DNA from: a virus
Lineage: Duplodnaviria; Caudoviricetes
DNA length: 59,055 nt
Direction: 5' to 3' (one strand)
IMG/VR virus record: IMGVR_UViG_3300021197_001961
Location: 1 to 59,055 of that record
Shown here: positions 10,001 to 20,600 of the stretch, in pieces
Position numbering within the stretch: the stretch's first letter is position 1
Layout: each line of letters begins with the position of its first letter
The notes under the pieces: model-generated
The model's input: only the letters and a program-made list of their open reading frames with translations
Databases searched by the model: none
What the model was told of the DNA's origin: nothing
Program-made: the position numbers and the translations under genes

Positions 10001-10613
10001 CTCGTCGTCCCTCGCGATAAAACTCTGTAAATGCAAAATATGTTAGATGGGTCGGCTGCCTAACCATTTGAAAAGATATTTCTCTTTCTAGGCTAAGCAC
10101 TCGACTGCCGTTTGAGCCAATCTCCGTTGATACCACAGCGTCTTCCGGAGTTTGTAGTGCTAAAGAAAACGTTTTTATTTGATAGTCAATAGTCTCGTTA
10201 AAGTCTGCCGGAATTTGAAAATTGGGTTGATCTAATATGTTAGTATTGATAAGAAGATTCGTCAACCTCTCGTTCGTGCTCTGTATCACCTTATACACGA
10301 TGTTTCTTCTGGATGGTTCGTTATAAACCCAAGTTGATTGATTTGTGGTTGTGTTCTGCAAATCCTTCAATGATACCCTCAAGATTGAGATTAGAGATTG
10401 CTGAACTGGGGCTGCTCTGGTTGGACTAGTTGAGGCGGGGGCTTCAAACTTTAAATCTCCAAAGCGATCAGTTGTCCTAACAGGTGGTCTAGAGCGGTCA
10501 ACACTTGAATCTTGTCTAGAATCTACAGAGCCGCCGGGGGCGAGAGTAACCCTTTCGATGTAGATGTTTGGCGGTGCTGCGCTGCGCACCCCTCTTTCAT
10601 TAATTAATGCCAT
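7032..10613 (-). CDS. Large hypothetical (likely virion) protein, ~1193 aa, with Arg/Ser- and Gln/Arg-rich disordered tracts
   Basis: Long ORF. Start placed at ATG 10613 because of the TAATG overlap with the upstream stop. No recognisable catalytic motif. Confidence 0.55.
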   Translation of the reverse strand: MALINERGVRSAAPPNIYIERVTLAPGGSVDSRQDSSVDRSRPPVRTTDRFGDLKFEAPASTSPTRAAPVQQSLISILRVSLKDLQNTTTNQSTWVYNEPSRRNIVYKVIQSTNERLTNLLINTNILDQPNFQIPADFNETIDYQIKTFSLALQTPEDAVVSTEIGSNGSRVLSLEREISFQMVRQPTHLTYFAFTEFYREGRRGILNAHSPIVTERVIANSSIVKDTYGYTDTAGNVWPGPIHFHRGTGWMEGAFHTSRQHDNLTRTQFFNSKISDVRIINRVQELEVDISPVIPTTEQNETYTTELYLTRDQNGNSILLLGLDHIRYMEQNSKFGGLYSTATPALRTQLMQQSSILELSVVRQKVRAARGTTSLGSDEIQYVNEREAPVAVVTSYDTNGAIQPRAKYYIPGAPNNRSIEINSGDPVSDQYKMFGKIEEVAVENTGRFRTFAAVDARIANLNAGIYKYHIRLRVNDGAASYMAGKAEELSLAINVLENYLSIAERPNNYNRRTRRYTVDFINRMSSRRTEESTLPWLAAIVKYIEILNLVTNITQAHKTELADCLYSLVSPSTGTSEGLSLLLQLMRELDIKISSIASDGRQSHQTAGEPARSSVSQGSAPRFLTDEIHFQQVFDCNVLSGTGFDYFEVPSPTPSQIDPPGGILTLRREQLRDRITVEANRYRGNRFSQQDLLGIRFLNEDAISALTSEETLYSYIAPNSVDLQGTTLPLLSQNVDSLDYISATSIIQNVLDNPSSRSFTSRAATATALTSRLGSGPSQDRLDALGTMESETSRHQGLSSRRSPQTRRSSESPRPSRASRRRQERAPQQRRSSEEYFGSDGRFTSETTAVIEPTREVLNEASSPGRSSVPATSATRPAAGAATTRRTTRNRVRATSATEGLDVPRRQTFSFDLESENNFISTRILSAGHAVDPNILIRNLPQQIKSLTLNRNQFYNDSAAAVSTQNDSETDGFMYNFGMLRKIEYLSGYTAGYGKSPNWITLTEQTIDGLNGALLCRIKKYTDPNTDIGTFHMLDQLPVYNEYFLLTARENSAQPRTRVIPVNRSRSRSDGGIPSIDSRSIYGGTESQIAAELTRRAQADASIDGHMEYLITAPYRAPTNSMRVTTGLENSPRAQQQQRQQRQQSQQQPAQQPRQRTARRQQQPVSSRRSSSTISDEPSDARRGSGRSRGGY
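7035..7220 (-). repeat. Low-complexity CAG/CAA-rich coding tract (QQQQRQQRQQSQQQPAQQPRQR...RRGSGRSRGGY)
   Basis: Imperfect tgc/tgt-tgc triplet runs on the + strand. Visible in the translation. Confidence 0.7.
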
Positions 10614-11617
10614 TATTCGCACTCCTCGGGGGTTACATCTGTAGTATAAATATCAAACCTTCTCGATCCAACAACGTCCGGACAGTCATATGGTATATCA
10701 TCAACTTCTATTCCACGAGTTCTCAGCTCAGTTATTAGTGAACATATTTCCTCTTCGGGTATTTCTAGATCAGCGTTCACGTTAAAGAAATATTCTGCAT
10801 ACGTGGAGTCCATTCTAAAGCTGCGACGGTTTACCCGCCTGCCTGTAGGTTCATCAATTAAGATACCATTTATGACTCTTTCAGTTTTTCTTAAGAAAGA
10901 TAGCGGAGTTAACACTGACTCTGGACCTTCAGAGCCCGATTCCATCAAAAACACCTCCATATCATACTCTGTGTCATTGGAAGCATTCTCCTCATCAATA
11001 CTAAAAATAAGCTGAGGGCTTTTTTCAGTTAGATAGATATATGTGCCGTTGCTGTATACTCTACTGATGATCTTTTCTGCAAAATCTGGGTTATTTACAT
11101 CAAAGTCTCTAGTGTTGCCAACAAGAGCGCTGTATTCTATATCAAAATCTAGCTGAGGAATCCTAAAGGTGTTTTGCGACGCGGACGTTGTAGTAATATA
11201 GTTTAGTGCTCCCGATAGTTCTCCTTTTAAAATCTGAACATTCCAAGATGGCACCTCCTTAGACCCCAATTCCATTGTGCCTAAAGGTTCTGCGAGAGCA
11301 TAATTCCTATCCGCTGTGGGCTGAATAGGGATGGGCTCGGAATCGCTCGCACGATTTGCAATGATTTGTGGTGACAAATCAGACTCAATTCCACTAAATA
11401 GATATTGCGCCTTAAGGCGAGGGGTATCACTCTGAATTCTGGTTTCAATACTGTTTTGATGCTCTTTAATACCAGCTGAACCAGACGCATCATAAAGTAT
11501 ATCATCGTCGAAAAAGGCGTAATAGACTGGCTTAAACATTCCCTTGGACAGCATAGTCTCTCCATGTGGAGTTAGTTCAATATCTAAAACATCCTCTTTG
11601 TTGTCAAAAAACTTCAT
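10613..11617 (-). CDS. Putative virion structural protein, 334 aa
   Basis: N-terminus FFDNKEDVLDIELTPHGETMLSKGMFKPVYYAFFDDDILYD aligns by eye with FLDNSGDIILDAVLTDLGRERLSRGDGSFRITKFAFADDEIDY of 2803..3741. Confidence 0.6.
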   Translation of the reverse strand: MKFFDNKEDVLDIELTPHGETMLSKGMFKPVYYAFFDDDILYDASGSAGIKEHQNSIETRIQSDTPRLKAQYLFSGIESDLSPQIIANRASDSEPIPIQPTADRNYALAEPLGTMELGSKEVPSWNVQILKGELSGALNYITTTSASQNTFRIPQLDFDIEYSALVGNTRDFDVNNPDFAEKIISRVYSNGTYIYLTEKSPQLIFSIDEENASNDTEYDMEVFLMESGSEGPESVLTPLSFLRKTERVINGILIDEPTGRRVNRRSFRMDSTYAEYFFNVNADLEIPEEEICSLITELRTRGIEVDDIPYDCPDVVGSRRFDIYTTDVTPEECE

Positions 11618-11627
11618 TCTTTATTCT

Positions 11628-14600
11628 CTAATCTTCGCGTGGCTCAATATCTACTTCGGCGTCTAGTTTAACTAGTTCTACGAGAGAAAAGAAATCATAT
11701 GGCCAGTTGTAGCTATACTTCGGATCAAAGACTCTACTTGAGTCCTCTCTACCAACTTGTACACCAAGCGTCCTATCAAAATTTCCAACTTGAGTTCTAG
11801 AATCCTTGATGACTTTATCAAAGTAGTTTTTCTTTGCCTTTTGTTTGACCTTAAATACCATCCACTGCAGGCGGTCCTCCAGGTTTCCAGATAGCAACTC
11901 GTCCGCCAAAAGTGGGTGCTCAATCTCGACTTCACTTATGACTTGTGAAGTTGGAGGATAATCATTACGGTCTATATCAAACGAATAGGCAATCTTGGGA
12001 GGCAAGTTCTGCCATATATCAACCAAATCATCTTGATCAAAAGTATGATGAAACTCAAAAATATACATACTGAAGGGTTCAACAGAGTCTGAGTTCTGCA
12101 GGAAGTCCATGCGTGGTGGAAGAATATATTTTTGCATTGATTTAACCATGTTTATAACGCTGTCACCGGGGTTGCCTTGCCCGTTAATATCAGGCTGTTC
12201 TTCAAAGTTAATAATTCTCAAGGACTTTTCTATCTTTTGCCGCTCGATTGAGAAAAATTCTCTCTGACCGTTTGTGACTACATATGGTACCGCGACAACA
12301 GCCTCGCTGACTGTCTTAGAAGCCGCAACTGCTCCCAACCTCTTTGCGTCAGTCCCAAATCCGACCAAGTCAACCAGAGAACCTGTGGTTGATGGGGTTC
12401 CGCCAAGAGCTTTTTGAATATAGTTTTCGGGTATATCTGCAATCTGCAGGAATACTCCACGATCGGGAGATTCTGGTAACGTTCCATATTGGTGCCACAT
12501 ACCCACGCCGACGCTCGCACTGCCAAAAACAGGGTATGTCACTTCTGATCCGCTAAAGTTGAACATGGGAGTTTCGAACTTGGGCTGAATTACCCAAACA
12601 TTTTCTGTGCTATCCTGAGCCTCTGTGGGCTGACCAGTGGCGGGGTTGTATTTTAGGTCCTTAACTTGCGCCTGACCAAAAAGGTTTAGACTTGCGTCTA
12701 ATTGTAAGGCGTTATATTCAACGTTCCCAGACGCATACATCACGTTTTCGACCATTGCTGGCCATTCGTTGCCGACTCGACGATAGCTAACCGATAGGTT
12801 GCCGGGAGAGAAGATCTCCTGCAACGTAATTGGATTATCGGATGTAGAATTTCTTGGTGATGTGAAGATAAGATCTGCCCAAGCCTCCCCGTTGTAATAG
12901 GGGGGAGTGAACGGCAAGTTTAAACCATCGGCGGCAGTTAGTTTTGGCTCATGAGTTCCGCCTCCACAAGGTGGACCAAAGGCGGTTGGGCGGCTATACA
13001 TCGTAAATGTCTCATAAACGTCGCCCTTTAAATCTCTGGGGATCATCGGGTTTCTATACCCCAAGGAGCCAGTGCGGAGAGTAGAAACATTGAGGCTCTT
13101 AAACATTTTAACTCTAGCTGCATACTGCTCACCAGACTTTACTTGCTCAAATTGGTTTTCAGGTCTGGAGACTATTGAAGTAAATTGACCTGCTGGTAAG
13201 AAGAAATCTGGGACTTCTGCGAAGAAGTTACTTGCCATCATCTTATAGCGAGAGTCGCCGAGACCATTCCAAGAAGCTGTCACCATTAGCGAACAACTTA
13301 AACTTGGCTCCATATCAGCCATGTCTTTATCGACAACATAATTTTCTGGCTCTATCATTGCCTCGAAGGGTATTCTATAGTGGAAGCGACCGATGCCGCC
13401 AGAACCGGAGATGAAGGGTGTAGCCCCGACTGTAGTTTTACTCGTATCAGAGTGCAGCTCCACACTGGCAGAGAACATGGGGTAATCAACCGCCACACCA
13501 GACTTAATCGTATTGAACAAGATGCCTGGTCCAAAGAATGGCGTTGTAAAGGCTCTAAGACCAGCGTTTGGTCCAACAGAACCGGAGCTAGATGTTGGAG
13601 AGTCGCTTCCGGTTAGTGCTACGTTTGTCGCATATGAGGATGAGAACTGAAGTGACATTTGAACTGTTCTCTCGGCAGGATAAAATCCATTATAAGGCAA
13701 GAACTTCTTTATCGCCTTGCAGCTTAGTGCAAGGTTTGTGGGAGTGCCTACCTCTGAATGTTCCGACCTCACAACTTGAAAGAATTTTAAGAAGTCACTG
13801 TTAGTGTAAGTTTTATAAAATTGTGCCTCATCGCTCTTATCGCGATCGCTGGTACCTCCCTCTAATTGAAGAAAGACTGAGTTTTCGGCTAAGAAGTTTC
13901 CACCTAAATCCTTAACATAGCGATCAATGTGCTCGCTGATTCTAAATTCTGGGATTATAGAGTAATCCTTACCCACGAGCCTCATTTCAGAAATGTAGTC
14001 ATCGTAGTTATCATACCAAGGCTTCTTGCCTGACTGGTCGCCAGCCTCCCAGAGGGACATGCCGCCGTACAGTTCGTCAGTGGCACCAGCAGAGATTGCC
14101 CTTGTAAAGGGAAGGTTGCCGGCAGTCTGGTATAGTTCCAAACCAACCGAAGCCGAATAGCCCCCTACGGGAGAAATTACTGATTGTGGTCGGTCAACCG
14201 TATGAATTCTAGCGTATTGAGCAGAAGCCGTGATATTAGCCCTTGTGCCACTGTGGAATTGATTGTATCGCTGTTGTAACAGTCCGGCATTACTACCGGT
14301 TCCAGTACGGGCAGTAAATCTGCCGGTCAAGAAATCTTCATCGGCATCAAGAGACCACATGCTTTGGCTTTTTATCAAGTTATTATTTGTAAGTGCGAAC
14401 CCCTTTACAATTGTTAAATCTTTTTGAGTTCTGCTTTGACGCAAGTCTCTCCAGAATTTATTCTGATAGTTTTGCCTGACACGTATGCTGCTTGAATACA
14501 TGTTCAAGGCAGATGGATAGACATTCTCTTTATACGTCAAAGAGATAAACTCCTCAACAGGGCTATTGGGGTCCTCGGTTGCTCCATTTAAATACAGCGC

Positions 14601-17600
14601 TTTTAGCTCGTCATAAGGCTGAATGGAGTTGGGGCTAACGTTATAAAGGTTATTCAATAGGTTACTAGTAAACCCGGTGCGATTATTTGCATAGGTGCTA
14701 TCATATATTGTATCCTGGGTTGTGATGGTCCCATCAGCATTTAAAGCCCTAACTGAAAGTTCTTGTTCGATCGGTGCGTATTTAGAGACCACAACTGATT
14801 CTGTAAAATGGCTAATAGCTCCAAGACGAGGCGCCACAGAACTGGAGCGAACATTCAGCGGATAGTTATAGCTCGCGCCTTCAACATAAGAGATTATGTT
14901 TCGCTTTCTTAGTGCTCGGGCAAGTGCGGACTCTCCAGCCCTTATTTGCTTCCAAGTGTTAACACCATAGGCTCCATTCCTGTGAAGTAGCAGACCGTGG
15001 AGGACCCCTGCCGGGGTCATAGTGCCAATGGCGGTATTTCGATATTCAGAATTAGAAGAGCTGACGATGTTATTGGCTATATCAATGGGATCGACTATCA
15101 ACGTATTTAGGTTTGCAAAGTCAACACTAATCCCCGCGGCGCCAGTGTGGCTAGACGTAACAAAACTAATCGCTTGTTGGAAGCCGCCGCCAGAACTAGA
15201 GACGATGCTATCGTTCCAGGCATGCCCAACAATTCTAGACGTCTGATAGGAGGCTGTGATCCAAGAGTATTGTAGATCGCTTCTTGGGATAGAGTATGAC
15301 ACATTATCATTATCATGCACCGATGCACTCACATAGGAGTGGTTATCAAACCCAGCAATTCCTGAAAACCCTATTCGTTTCAACGAGTTACGATTATTCT
15401 TATGATACGACGGCTGTGTAATATAGTTATCAGCTGTTACTGAGCCATATGTAGCATCGTGACCAAACTGACCCGCATGTAGTGCGCGAAGAGTTCTAAG
15501 ACCTCGTTGCTTATCTAAGTGGTCCATAACCCTAATCGTAGGATTGCTCTCACCGCTGCCGGAACCAAGCACCGATAAGTTTCTGAATGGCAATGCGTTG
15601 TAAACAGACTTCTCAGACGCCGCTAAGTCAAGGTAACCTGCAGAGTTAACCTCCGGACCACCAGGCGCAGAGAACCGATTAACTATAATGTCGGAGTTTC
15701 TACCTCGGTCTGGGACCGAGAAGTTTGTGGAACCACTAAATCGGTTACTAGTTTCGACAGGAGCGGTCTGATGATGTCCGAAGAAGTTTCCACCATTGGC
15801 GGATTGTGGTCTAATACCGATAAGGGAGTTTACATTAGTTGTTGCTGGCAGCGTCGGGTGTCGTAGAACTGTACTCGTAGTGCCGCCGCCGGCAATAAGA
15901 AGGTCTGCAGCTGTCAGGTCCCTAAGCTCCATTCCGTTATCTGCTTGTAGAGCAATGCCAGCCGCATCATTTGAATTGACTTGGTCATTGATTAGCATCT
16001 CAGTATCGCTTGTATCTTCGCCAAATCTCCACCAAGACACAAGGTTAGCCACAGCAGAATGTTCAGTTAGATCTTGAGGACCCTCATTATCACCGGCATT
16101 TCCACGCTCATATATTTCTCCGATTTCGACTGATGTAAGCTTTTTATTCCAATAGCTCGCCTCTGCAGCTGAACCTGAATAGAAAGATGTGTTGTTTGTG
16201 ATAACACCAGAAGAATTGTTCCTTCTGCATAATAAAGTGGAGTCTGAAGCGGGTGTCTCAAAAGTTCCCACCGGTGATGTCGTAAAGGAACCTCCTGCTT
16301 CAACTCCGTTAATATAGAAATTAGCGTCACCATCTCCGTTATTATAAGTCATGGCAAAGTGATTCCATCCGGTGGAACTCCATATAGTTGCATCCGATGT
16401 CCAAATACCATCGGTTGTCGTGTAGCCAAGCTTCAAGATCATCTTATTTGAAGTGTCGATATACATTGCCCTACCAAATGCTGACAAGTTATCGCTACCT
16501 ATTGATATCAAATATCTGTCGGTTGATTGAGCTGTTGCGTTAGAACAAGATAACCACATTGAAAAACTAAATGCTGTGGGGTTATTTAAACTAGTATCGG
16601 TTGAAATCCTATAGCCCGGAGCGCCGGCGGCGCCGAGTGTGCCTGACAAGGCGGTAATTTGCTTTGTGTTTAAATAGTTTATAGCGGTGTATGAGTCGCC
16701 AGAGTGATAGAGTGAAGGCAGTTGTACACCCTCGTTGTCAATGAAATATCTGTTGTTAAGGCTTCTGCCAGTGGTTTGAACAATTTGATAATCTTTGTCG
16801 TAGTTTCCTAGATCAAAAGACGCAGTAGTATGCTTAATATTTCTTATGTTTACTGGTCTCTTCGCAAATTCTTGGCGATAGTATACTGCTTTTTTTCGAC
16901 CGGGTTCGGGATACGGACCAACCGGGTAAGGATACTGTGCTTCTGTTATTCCAATGAATGTGTCGTCAGTTCCGTATTGCGTTCCCAGCAAAATTTGATA
17001 CGCCTCACCGCGAACGTTCTTGTTATCTATCTTGTTGATGGTGGTGCGACTTGACACGTACCTATTGATACTAGCATGTCTGGATTGGTGCCCACCGACG
17101 TGCCTCTCAGTAAACGGTCCCTGCATTGGGATGTCGTTTGAGGCAACTGTCGTATCGGCATGAAGGTTTGTCAACATAGTGCCAGATGAGAAGTTCTCAA
17201 CTACAAGCTTGTTGTATCCGGTGTTGACCGAACTGCTGATTAGATTGAATGGTGACGCTAAGGCACCCTTCATTATCCCAGCATAACCGTCTCTGCCTTG
17301 AGTCTTTGATCCCAACTCTTGGTCTCTTCGGAGAGAAACTTTATATGATAAAAACTTCTTCTCTTTCTCTTCTGGTCCGGAGCCTGTAATGTTTGTCGGC
17401 TGTATCACGTCCGTGTTGTCTATAAGCATCACGTTCAGGGGCGTACCGGAAGCTGCCTGTGGACCCTGTGGGCTTGTGGCGTTTAATACTATATTCCTGT
17501 TTTTAGATGGGGCATAATTAATGCCTCCGTGGATCATTCTTCGCGGAGACGCCTTTTGTTGCTCCGTAACCGCAGAAAAACTATACGCTGCGGATCTTCG

Positions 17601-20600
17601 GTAAGAGCCGGTCAGTGCCTGAAAGAGTGCCTGTCTAGACAAGTCGAAAGTATTGTCCCCTGTTGCCAACGGGGCTTCGGTCCTAGAAGCTCTTTGCTGC
17701 CAATATTGCTGGTTCGTTGTAGCTGAAGATTGATTACTAGGAGCGGTTGATGCAAACCCACTATCAGTTGGAATCGGAGCGGAACCAGTTAGAGTGGGGC
17801 TTCTTCTCTCAATTGTTGGATATTTTGTCCAATATTTGTTCCTCTCAAGAATATGGCTCTCAACTAAGTTCTGCACACCCTCCGAAGAGGCGGCAGAAGA
17901 AGGCATTATCTGCTGCAGGAATCCAGATAGGGATGAATCAATCCATTTATAAAAGTCAATAAACTTATCCAAATCTGGAATGTTTTCTACTTTTTCAAAA
18001 AATAGATTTCTAGCCTTCTCTAGCAGCTTGTAGTCTTGACGATATCTGTTAATCGGATCACCAATTAGATTATTGAACTCTAGAATTGTTGCAAACGTAT
18101 TTATCATTTCATCAGAGATAACCTGGTACATGCTCTTCTCGATTGATAAGAAGTAGTTAATCGGTCTCTGATCCCTATTGAAAAACTCATCATCAGAATC
18201 CAAAATTCTAATCATTTCAGATGAGTGGACAATTTCAGGGTGTGACTGGCGTGCCACATAAATATAGTCTCTGTCAATAGCGTTAGAATCGCTGGCACCG
18301 AAGAAGTCTCCTCGTCCGGTGTGCTGAGCCTTGACAATATTGCCATACCAACCATATCGTGCCTGCTCAGTTGTTGAGCCAGATGAATAGTCATCAACTA
18401 TAAATCTACCACTTGCATTGGAACCAGTTATATTATAGAAATTCCAGTCAAGAGCAAGGGTTTCAATTTCTGGTATATATGTTCCGGTTAGCGACGTTTG
18501 GGTTAAGAATGCATTCCTATGAGGGTTTAACGTGCCGTTGTTGTCTGTGTCGCGTGCATGGGCTGCGATCACAGCATTTGATACGTAATCAGCCCAGTAT
18601 CTGACATTAGATAGTTTTACATTAGACTGCTGTAAGACCGACCCTGTGAAGTTTGTTCGATGGGCGCCGGCAAATATTCTCTTATCACTGTGTAAGAAAT
18701 CAATCGCGGCGGAATTGGCTTTTACGGAGGATGATAAGAAGAATTCCTCACGGGCAATGTCTAGATCCATATTCACACCATAGAATTCAACTTGGTATGA
18801 ATCTCCAGCGACACCCGTTATAACATCTCCAAGCGGATACTTAGTGTTTATGAGTCGTGCTGCGAAATTCCACTTGGTGTTGTTGAACACATCTTTATAA
18901 GTGTCGGTTGTTATTGATTCTATCTGAGAGATTGACGATGTTAACTTGAAGTAGGCGTCTGCGGAATCTAAATTGGGACGTACAGCAATAATTCTTAGGT
19001 CAGCAGTATCAGCGGCTGGAACGGTTGTGTCGGTCGGTGTTGTGCCTTCTGCACGGTGCATGCCCATCAAGGACACTGTTAAGAAATCAGAAGAAAATGA
19101 ATTCTCAACACAAGGGTCAGTTGGAACTGGGAAGATCATTTCTCCCTCAAGGGTGAATCCTATATAGCTTTCTAGTAAATCAGCGCCTGTTCCGGAGATA
19201 AAAGACACGGTATTTGAGTCAGACGGATCGGCGTACTGATATATGGTAGCATCAAAGTTCTCTGTAGTATTGAAATTAACCAAGTTCTTTGCTACAGCGC
19301 GGGACTTGAAGTTGTTTTTCAGCTCATAGGTGACGTTGTTACCATAAGTGTTGAGTCGAATCAATTCTTCATCAATTCCGTAACAATGGATCAAGTTTCT
19401 AAAAGCTTTTTCAGTGCCCTTAGATTTATTAATATAGACAAGGTTATTGTAGATATTTTGATAAATTCTATTCTTTACTTCGTCAATGTCTAGATTATAG
19501 TCACGGTTCTCGTCGCGAGATAAGATCATCTCCATGATGTTTGCATCAACGAATATTTCTGGGCTTGTCATCCCAGTGCTGTTAACTAAGTTTGATGCGA
19601 AAGGCGCTGGAGCATTGCTAGAACTTTGATATTGTAAGTTCTTTATCTTGGGCACTTCTTTAATCTGGCTCTGCAATCTATCAAAATAGCTTGCCATTAC
19701 CTGAACAAGGTTTTTGAGATCGCCACTACTGTCCTCCTCTTGAATCCAAGCCGGAAGAGAATTATAAATATTTGAATTACTGTTTACGTCGTAAACGCTA
19801 CCAGAATCCTGCAGTTCTGATAATAGAGCCGTGACACTAGGGTGGTCTGAATATATGATTGGATCTTCAAATTCTGCCAAGGCAGCACTAGATGAGACCA
19901 TAGCCGAACCAGTGTTTCTGGCACTCGTGTTATAACCTGTCCAAGACCCGTTTGAAATTCTACCAGAGTAATCCAAAACAACAGAATCGTTGGAGGAGAT
20001 CCCAGTGATTCCCTCATTAAACTTATAGTATACGCCTAGATCGACATTTGCGTCATCTGTATTTGTGCCGCCTCGAACTTGAGTAAAGAAATTTCTGCCA
20101 ACGTCCTCTGCAGTCCTCTCAATTTTCCAGTATCTAAACTCGTCTAGGGAAGCGGAAAGCTTACCCCACCCTTGTGTAGCATAGGTGCTGCCAGTAGGAG
20201 ATGTCCTTAGTGCGCCAATGCTTGCAACAAGAGCACCAGTGACCTCATTAACTGTAGAACTTGTTGTTTCAGTGTCGTTTAAGTCTCCGTCAATATACAG
20301 TTTAGCGGTTAATGCAGTGCTAGAAGAAACAAAAGTTATTGCATAATGGTGCCAAATATCATCGGCGACGTCTGCCGCTGTTAATAGTCCAATTCTGTGA
20401 TTTTTAAATCCAGATGTTCCTGAAGCGTATGTGATCCTAAACGGAGAAACACTAGAAATTGCACCACTTAGTTCGACCATTAGTCGACCGTATGTTCCCA
20501 GCGTTGTAGCTTCATTATTCCAGACGTCGAAGACCACCTCCTTCTCGGTAAGGGAGGTGACAAATTCAGATTTCTTTAGCCAGAACTCTACGGTTGAGCC

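Noticed and set aside
16671-16678. TAAATAGT copy inside the 3176-aa gene
   Set aside because: Deep in coding sequence (INYLN) with no evident downstream start. One such hit is plausible by chance.
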